Made by a program: the position numbers and the translations under genes
Notes under the pieces: model-generated
What the model was told of the DNA's origin: nothing
The model's input: only the letters and a program-made list of their open reading frames with translations
The model's database searches: none
In this document: one piece after another, positions 55,627-64,000 of the stretch
How positions within the stretch are numbered: the first letter of the stretch is position 1
Layout of the letters: each line of letters opens with the position of its first letter
Source of the DNA: Isurus oxyrinchus
Lineage: Eukaryota
Length of the DNA stretch: 64,000 nt
Direction of reading: 5' to 3'
Assembly: GCA_026770705.1 (NCBI GenBank)
Contig: JANJGN010000034.1
Coordinates: 5,208,001 to 5,272,000 of the forward strand

Positions 55627-55647
55627 AACTGGCAAAGACCAATGAAG
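55627..55647 (+). CDS. 21-nt heptad microexon, ELAKTNE
   Basis: gctttctattctgcctacag|AACTGGCAAAGACCAATGAAG|gtaaga. Confidence 0.85.
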
Positions 55648-56590
55648 GTAAGACCATGGCGAAATAAATTTTGTTGTATAGTGCCATGCCTGTGTCATGG
55701 TTAAACAGGAGCCTGAATGCAATTTAAGAAGGCTAGAATTATTTACAACATCCCAGAATCAGGAAATAATTGTGTGAAGTCTACATATTTACTCTAACAA
55801 TGAGTGTTCGACTGGAAATAATATTTATTCCAATGAAGATCTTCTGAATCTGAAAAGCATGCTTAATGTCTGGGCTGAATAGTTTTGACAAAAAACATGG
55901 CTGTGGCTCAGCAGGGGATGCCAAAATCTCTAATTCCACAAGATCTGTCACCTATGCGTGCTGACAAAGCAGGGAATGGGAAAGCCGGCGAGTGCAAACT
56001 CAGCTCAAAGCCAGTGAGCATTCGGTACAGAAATGGTATCAACATTTTCTCACTGTCGCGGGGCCAGTATTTCTAAATTACCCTCCCAAGATCCCAGCGG
56101 TTTTCCTGCATTATCATTCCTCGGGTCCTGTAAGAAAGCAAACAGGAACAGCGTGACATATGACCCCAAATTTAGAATTCATAACGGAAGTCTTGCACAT
56201 AACTGTCCATGAGTTTCCACCTCTTTTGGAAATAAACCCTCATCAGGAAGCATACGAAACATCGATGTAATATGGGAGATTTCAGATTATTCCAAATTTC
56301 TTATCAGAAGAGGTGCACAAATAAATACCCAAGAACATAAACCACTGCAAATGCTTGGATACATAAATTAATTGTTCGTAATCCAGCGCACCAGCGAGCG
56401 CTGAGATCAGCAGTGGCAATATACAGAAAATTAATAATTCACATCAGTTTCCATTTCCTAGCACATGCAATGCTTCCTCTTTCATCATAAAATGGAGAAT
56501 TTTTCATCGCTTTATTGGCCTGAATCAATGCGAATTTGGTGTTGAAATTCACTAACATTACAATTGTTAGTGGTGCAAAAACAGATAATC

Positions 56591-58591
56591 ATAAGACTAC
56601 AAGACAAAGGAGAAGAAATCAGGCCAATTGGCCCATCGAATACGCTCCACCATTCAATTAAGGCTGAAAGATTTTCAACTCCGTTTTCGCACCTTCTTCC
56701 CATAACCTTTGATCCCCTTACCAAACTAAACCTATCTATCTCGATCTTTAATGCACTCAATGTCCTGGCCTCCACAGATTTCTCTCGCAATGAATTCCTC
56801 AGATTTACCACTCTCTGGCTAAAGAAGTTGCTCCTAATCTCTGTTCTAAAAGGTCTTCCCTTTACTCTGAGACTGTGCCCTCGGGTCTTAGTCACTCCTA
56901 TAAATGGAAACATCCTCCCCACGTATACCCTATCCAGGCCTTTCATTATTCTGTAAGTTTCAATCAGCTCCCCCCTCTTCCTTCTAAACTGCATTGAGTA
57001 TAGACCCAGAGTCCTCAAACCTTACTCATATGTTAAGCCTTTCATTACTGCGATCATTCTCGTGAGAATCCTTTAGACCTTCTCCATGGCCAGCACATCC
57101 TTCCTGAGATTCGGGGACCAAAATTCTCACAATATTCTAAATCTGGTCTGTGCAGAGCCTTTCAAAGGCTCAGCAGCACATCCCTTTATTTATATTCAAG
57201 TCCTCCCAAAATGAATGACAACATTCCATTTGCCTTCCATATTACCGACTCAACCTCTATTTTAACCTTAGGAGAATACTGGACCAGGACTCCCAAATCC
57301 CGTTGCACTCCAGATTTCTGAATTCTCTTCCCAATTACAAAATAGTCCAAACTCTCCTTTTGCTACCAAAGTGCATGTCATCAAAATTTCCCACGTTGCA
57401 TTCTACCTGCCAGTTCTTTGCCCATTTTCCTAACCTGTCCATATACTTCTGCAGCCCGCCCGCCTTCTCAGTTCTACCTGTCCCTCCACCTATCTTTGTA
57501 TTATCTGCAAACTTAGCCCGGATGCCCTCAGTCCCATCACCTAGATCGTTAACGTATAAAATGAAATGTTTTGATCCCAACACACACTTCCAGAACTCCA
57601 CCAGTCACTGGCCGCCATCCTGAGTAGGATCCCTGTATCCCAACTCTCTGCTTCCTGCCAGACAGCCAATATTCTATGCATTCTAATACGTTGCCTCTAA
57701 CTCCATGGACTCTTCTATTTTGAGCAGCCTCCTGAGCGGCACCTTGTCAAAGGCTGTCTGGAAGTCCAAGTAGATAACATGCATTGGCTTTCCTTTGTCT
57801 AACCTACTTGTTACCTCCTCAAAGAATTCTAATAGATTTGTCAGGCATGACCTCCCCTTGATGAAACCATGCTGACTTTGCCCGATTTTTCCATGTACTT
57901 CCAAGTATTCTGAATTCCCATACTATATAATGGACTCTAAAATCTTAGCAACAACATAGGTCATGCTAATCGGACTGTAACATCCCGTCTTTTGCCTCAG
58001 TCCCTTATTATACAGGGGAGTTACATTAGCCATTTTTCAGTCCTCTGGGACTCTCCCTGAGTCCAAGTGATTCCTGAAAGAACACCACTAACACGTCCAC
58101 TAACTCTTCAGCTATCCCTCCTTGAGAACTATGGTGTGTAATAGATCTGGTCCAGGTGATTTATCCAACTTCAGACCTTTCAGTTTTTCTAGCACCTTTT
58201 CCTTGGTAATGCCCACCATACTCACCTCTGACCCCCGACCTCCTGAACTTTGGGAATCTCACTCCTGTCTTCCACTGTGAAGACTGATGCAAAGTACCTA
58301 TTCAGTTTCTCGTCCATTTCTTTGTTCCCCGCGACTACTTCTCCAGAGTCATTTTCCAGTGGCATAATGTTATCCATTGCCTCGCTCTTACTCTTTATAT
58401 ATCCAAAAAAAACCTCTTTGAATCTTCTATAATATTATGGGGTAGTTTAACCTCATATTTATCTCCTTACTTATTTATTTTGTAGTTGTCCTCTGTTGGT
58501 CTTTGTAGGCTTCCCAAACCCCTGGTTCTCCACTGCTTTTTGCTGCATTGTATGCTTACCCTATAGCTTTTATGGCTGTCCCCGACTTCGG
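56591..58591 (-). mobile_element. Younger 5'-truncated CR1 LINE (~2 kb) inserted into a cassette
   Basis: Minus-strand ORF fragments [22 protein letters not shown]...[23 protein letters not shown] and KTRGHSLRVKGRPFRTEIR...FFSQRVVN. The element splits the cassette motif ataatc|attgctaagc. Confidence 0.95.
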
Positions 58592-60497
58592 ATTGCTAAG
58601 CCATGACTTTTGTTAGACAACAGCTTGAACAGTGTGTGCAGCACTGTTCGCTGCACTGAAGGAAGTATGTGAATGCACTGGAAATAGGTCAGGGGAGATT
58701 CACCTGGAATGTGCCTGATTTGGAGTGTTTCAACTATGAATAGAGACTGGCTAAGCTGCCTTTCTTTTTAATCCTCAGAGCAACAATGCTAATCAGGGAT
58801 CCGATGAAGTTATATAGAACTGTGAGGGACATAGATAGGGCAGATAGGAAGAAACATTTCCCTTTAGCGTATTTGACCATAATACTGGGGCATGGCTATA
58901 ATTTACAGAGCAGGGAGTTCAGAGAGGATTTCTGGATTCCTCTTTCAGCCAGAGGGAAGTTGGAATCTGCAACACAATGCCTGATTGAGTGGGTGTGCTC
59001 TGTTCCATCGCAGTGCAGACCTGTACCCTGTAGATGGTGTACATGATCAGGTCAGTGAGGTGTAAAGTTGCTCTTCACATATTTTTCAGAGCCTAACCTT
59101 CCTTTTAGGCGTTGTATATGTTTGAAAGCTGCAGTTAAGTTTATGGTCATTGGTAAGACCAAAGAGTTTAAAAGACGTGTATTCAGCCAAGCGATTCTTG
59201 TGAATATCAAGGGAGTATGATTGGATTCTCTCTTTTTAGGGATTGTAATTTTCTGGCTCCTGTGAGGCATGAAATGTGTTTGCCATTTTACAACCCAAGC
59301 CTGAAACAGCTCGTGCTGTATATCGCCACACAGTACTTCCTTCCAAACCAGTGTCATTTTTTTTTCTCATTTAGCACAGCGGCCTCATTATTCTGAATGT
59401 TCATCTTATTTTGTGACACATCGCATGAAGCGCTCTAACAATACCATTAGAAGTGTTGAAGGAAAAATTTTAAGTGGGAACTGTATGGATGTCAGGTGCA
59501 GCATTTACCGTGACACGAGGAGATGGGGGTGGTGTGTCAAAGGGTGATAATTAATAATATGAAATGTATTTACAGGGTTACAGCTGGGAAATAAAATGCT
59601 TCTACTGGTGGGGGAATATAAAAAAAAACAATAAAATATTGGAAATCAGGGAAGCAGCAATTTGATTGGTACTGAATGGATTTCATGGATCACCAAGCTT
59701 TCTACAGTCTTTAATTCAGGGCAATTAGCTGAAAATAAAGCATTCAGTGAATGTCTCCGCCTTTCCAAATGTCAGGTTTTCCATACTTTATGGCTTTTGC
59801 CTTTAGTCATTTAAGTGCTGAAGGAATGTTTTCGGGGCCGAAATTTGCCAGGGAGCTTAGTTCAGAAGTTCCATTCTCATCTCTCCACGTCCTTTGATTT
59901 ATCCATCTCCTAATTGTTAGTGCTTCTAATCGAATCACTTGTCAAGCAGACAGACTTTGGCCTTCTACCCCATTCGCGTTTTTTTTTTTGCTTTGTTATT
60001 TGGAGCATACCATTATATGTTCATGTAGCTGCGACGTGAGTTGTTATGTTTTGCTATATTGATGGCGCCATATGCACTTAATTAATTGTCATGTTTGCAT
60101 GATTCTATAAGTCTCACTTGGGTTACGCTAGTTCAAGTATCTTCAGCTTGAAATCAGTCATCATCACCATATATATTAAGAAGACTGCTTTGATAATGGT
60201 TTTCCCATTTAATGGTTCCTGAAAATTTTAGATATTCGTGTATTTGCATCATTCTCTGCCAATGTATGTATTCGAATACTTCACAGAGAATTATGAGGCT
60301 TTTTTGGCGTTATATTACTCGTACATTGCCAGCACAGCATGCATGTTGTCATTTCCATTGACCTGCTTGTTATGGGATGCCACAAACCAATGCCAATACT
60401 GGATTGTGAGTTTGGTTTTGCATTTATTTGTTCTGTTAATTGTGCAACTGTAAAATAATTTTGACGAAAATATTTGAGCTTACTGCTCCGCTTGCAG

Positions 60498-60518
60498 ATC
60501 ATGCAAAGGTCAATGAAG
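60498..60518 (+). pseudogene. Degenerate heptad microexon DHAKVNE with donor GT>TT
   Basis: tactgctccgcttgcag|ATCATGCAAAGGTCAATGAAG|ttaaga. All paralogous cassette exons have gtaaga here. Confidence 0.75.
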
Positions 60519-61902
60519 TTAAGAACAGGACAAAGTCCATTCTGATGTAAAGTATCTTACCTGCATCAGCGGTACACAGGCGCCTGAATGCAATTTTATC
60601 ACGCTAAAATGTTGTACAACAAACCCAGAATCATTAAGTAATCGTGGAAAGCTAGGTAATCCTTTGGATCAGAAATAATACAAGACAGGAAATAATGCTT
60701 CTTCCACAGAAAAATTTCTCAATAACAGCAACATTCCCATTGACTTCCATGCACCTATATTTGATGCAATATTTAGATGGCACTGGTAGATTAATCGGTA
60801 TGTCTGGGATGAATAGTGCTGAAGAAGAAAGTGGGTTTTCCTCTGTAAGGGAAGCCAACGCTCTGCTGGCAACATCTGTAATTTCAGCAAATGCCTACCA
60901 CCTAGAAGTGCTAATGCAACAATGGCATGGGATCGATGGCAATTGCAAATTCAGATCCAAGATACTCAGCAACCTGAACATAAACGGTATCAGCGTTCCT
61001 ACACTGTCACGGGGTGCGTATTTTCCTCCCAAGCACCAACCGTTTCTTCATTCAGTATCGTTGCTGGGAGTAATACCAGAATGTAGCCAGGAACCATGTT
61101 GGATTTCCACTCAAATTAAGAAATCACAACGCATGGATTGCAACAAAATTGTCCGTGAGTTTTCCACTTCTTTTGGGCAATTGTCCCGCACCTCCAAAAC
61201 TCCAACATAATTTGGGAAATTGTTGATGATTCCAGATCTCTTTGCAGAATAGCTATGCAAATAAATTCCCAAGGAACAAAACCACTCTCAAGCTTCTATA
61301 ATTCAACTAATTGGTCGTAACCTGGCACACCAGAACGCATCCAGGTCAACGATGGCAATATACACATTATTGGAATATGAAAAATAAATGCTTTTCTCTT
61401 ATAAACTCTTGTGAGTAATTAGCTTCAACATCCCCAATACAGGATTTAGAACAGTTAGCTATGCTCCCTACCCGCCAAATAAAATGCTGTTTCTCCAACA
61501 AGTGTCACTCTCAAGATGTTCATTAAGTTTTATCTCTTCAATGATGTTCTGCTCAATTGCCCAATCTTGCTCCTTTGTATCAGCCTTCTTTTTGCAAAGC
61601 ACCTGTAAATGTTATTTTATTGACTAAGGATGCAGACAGGTTATTAACGTGCGGTTTCCTCCTGTTGCACTTGACTCCTTTCAAACCCTTACACTTGAAA
61701 GACTTATATCTCTAGGAGAGGTTTAACTGCTATCCAAGAAGAAATTGCCTTGGATTGATTTGTTGCTTGACATGAACTGTGGAAAAAGTTAAGATACTAA
61801 GCTGGAAGTTCTACTTTGCTTTCTTTGTGGTGACTTTGTTAACTTCTCTTCTGTGAACGAAGAATTTGCAGCTTTAATTGTAGGTTCTATCCACCCTGAC
61901 AA

Positions 61903-61923
61903 AGATTGTGAAGTGCAGAGGCA
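61903..61923 (+). pseudogene. Degenerate heptad microexon EIVKCRG with acceptor AG>AA; paralog of 34607-34627
   Basis: ttctatccaccctgacaa|AGATTGTGAAGTGCAGAGGCA|gtaagc. Confidence 0.7.
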
Positions 61924-62379
61924 GTAAGCACGGTATCAAATAATTGTAATTCGATGTTGCTGAGGAAAGAATTTACAGGCTGGTGTTAATTTAAAACACA
62001 CTTTAAATCGTGAAGAGGTTGCGTGCATTAAGGTATGTGTCTGCACTGGACTGTCGTGTTTTGCTTCAGTAGAGGGCTTCAGCTGGAGTTCGGTGACTAA
62101 AGGAGGTTAAGAGTTAAATTACAGCTAAAGTAATCTCTTCCTTTAATTTAGAACTTAGTTAAAAGTTGCTATTAAGGTTAGAGTTATTGAATTTTAGGCA
62201 ATTCTAAAAACAGGGCCCATGCAGGCTTAGCCTGCACCTGAAATTCATTTGTTAGATAACTAACTCAAACAGGCTTTCAAATGCAAGGTTCACAGATTAT
62301 AAAAGTATGCTATCAGATATTTCTGACTTTAGGATTGCAGCACTGTTGTGCTTCTGTTGCAGTTTGCTGACTAAAGGAG

Positions 62380-64000
62380 CACGTGCTTTCTACTTTTGTG
62401 ATTCTTGCTAAAAACAGCGGCGGCCTTGGAACATTGGAAATGTTGACTAAATTAGAAACGTGTAAGATCTGAAAATTTCTATACTTGAATTTAATTCAAT
62501 GCGCCAGAAAAAAGGGAAATTTAGCGCCAGTATGATAAAGTAAAGTTAATGTTCAAAGTAGAATAAATTTAATGCCAGGGGAGTCGAATTAAGAAATAAT
62601 AGAGGAACTCAGTAAAGTGGAGCGCATTTCCTGTAATATATTCAAAGTCTTGAAAGCAACTGGTGTCGCAACTGAGGAGATGTGCGCAAGGTGGTCTCAG
62701 ATGCAGAAACTTGAGCTCCAGGTTTCGGATCTCGACGTTGGCTGGGGTCACTCTGGCCCATCCGTGGCCTGAAAGCTAGGTGGAAAGATGGTGCATAATG
62801 GTGGTCACACAGCGTAAGGGTTTGTAGGTGACCACCAGGAAGTGCAAGGGAAGTAGGCAGGTAGTGCAGGATTCCCTTGACGTCCTGCAGACAAATGTGT
62901 TTTTAGCTGTGGAAGCTGATGAGGGGGCTAACTCCTCAAAGAAGTGTTTTCAGAATCGAGTTTGCTGTACATGGGGAGAAGTGGACAGAAATAAGTTTAG
63001 AGCTAGTTTATTCATTGGTTTGGAAACAGGCAGGCGTTTCTGTGGCCGTGGATTGGCCTGCAAGATACTACTTTGCCTTGTTGGTGCCAGGTTCATGGAT
63101 GTCACACAGCGGGTGCAGAACATTTTCATGCCGAAGGGTGATCACGCAAAAATATCAGTCCACAATGGCACCAATGACTTAGGAGGAAGGGGGTTGTGTT
63201 GCTCCAAAATTTATTTAGGGAGCTGGTTAAAAATTAGAAAGCAAAAACAATCATATGCCAATCTCTGGAATACTGCTAGTGCCATCTGCCAGTGAGTACA
63301 GAAATAGAAGGACAACGCAGATGAATGTGTGGCTGTAATGATGGCGCGGAAAGGAGGGCTTTAGGCCCCTTGGGCACTGGGAATGAGGTGTGGAGGAGAT
63401 GTCCACCTGTACAAGCCGGACGGGTTGCACCTGAACAGAGCTGAGGCGTTTTTGGGATGTTTTGCTTAGGATAATGGGAGGGTTTTAAAATAACTTGGCA
63501 GCTGCGTGTGAACCACAAAAAAAAATGTTAGCGACGAACACCAGTGTGGAGCGAATATTGGTAGGGACAGATAGTCCTTGTATGGAGAACAATATGTTAT
63601 CAGGTAAAATCGGGATTATGGAGAGAGTAACAAAAGCAAAGTCAGTATAACGATGCATGTATGTTAATGTAAACGTAATTTTGTTTATAATATTGAGGGT
63701 TTAGGGGCATAGGTTGTAAGCTGAAAATATAATGCCATGGCAATAACAGTGAAGTGGCTCAAATTAGAGCAGAACTGGCTCAAGTAAGCGTTGTAAACAT
63801 ACCCGGTACAAGGTGTTGACATGTTACAAGGAATGAAGGAAAGTTGGAGGGGTGGCGGATTTTGTTAAGGAGAGCATTTTCGTGCTGGAGGCAGAGGGTT
63901 TCCCAAAGGGTTCAAGGACATAATCAGTTTGGCTCGAATGCAGGAGCAAAGGGGATTCTATTATGTTGCCCGGTGTAGTTGACAGGCAGCCAAATAATGA
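62380..64000 (+). mobile_element. Degenerate CR1 LINE 5' half (ORF1 and endonuclease start), duplicated paralog of the element at 35100
   Basis: ORF 62828-63295 contains CLVGARFMDV and SVHNGTNDLG (CR1 ORF1 esterase), followed by DGLHLNR. It runs off the end of the window. Confidence 0.8.

Larger units (their letters stand above)
41460..61370 (+). repeat. Tandem array of six diverged ~2.9-kb microexon cassettes
   Basis: The marker taatcattgttaagcatg recurs at ~41601, 45416, 48365, 51276, 53721 and 56585 (the last split by a CR1 insertion). Each unit holds a plus-strand CR1 3' piece, a minus-strand LINE piece, unique spacer and the microexon, which is deleted in the first unit. Confidence 0.92.

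Noticed and set aside
44647-61210. ORFs of 100-180 aa recurring in the cassettes (44647, 47736, 50399, 54035, 60695)
   Set aside because: Frames and stops are not conserved between paralogous units, and they derive from LINE debris or spacer.
41460-61370. CRISPR-like or satellite interpretation of the periodic array
   Set aside because: Units are kilobase-scale diverged duplications in eukaryotic DNA, with no short identical repeats separated by unique spacers.

Overview
AT-rich, repeat-dense vertebrate genomic DNA. The repeat content (degenerate CR1/L2-type LINEs, a Penelope GIY-YIG element, a PIF/Harbinger fossil) suggests a cartilaginous fish, which is an inference. None of the long ORFs in the track looks like a real cellular gene. 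The main signal is a plus-strand array of 21-nt, phase-1/phase-1 microexon candidates scattered from 7 kb to 62 kb: 13 with intact AG/GT splice sites and 2 with a mutated splice site, plus a probable 36-nt exon at 557-592. Each 21-nt exon encodes one 7-residue unit. Joined, they give ELKQRND-DIKSLEA-EKLKLQK-ELDKCQD-VSEMFEN-AQKHCIA-ELTKAND-VIVKCQE-ELKKSTK-DMEKEIE-VLGLAKE-ALGKVTD-ELAKTNE, a coiled-coil-like peptide. This one-heptad-per-exon layout resembles chicken BG and butyrophilin/MOG tails, but no Ig, transmembrane or B30.2 exon is visible, so the family is a hypothesis. From about 41.5 to 61.4 kb the array grew by tandem duplication of a ~2.9-kb cassette (LINE debris plus one microexon), with later exon loss, splice-site decay and new retrotransposon insertions. 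All calls were made by eye, without alignment or transcript data, and repeat boundaries are approximate.
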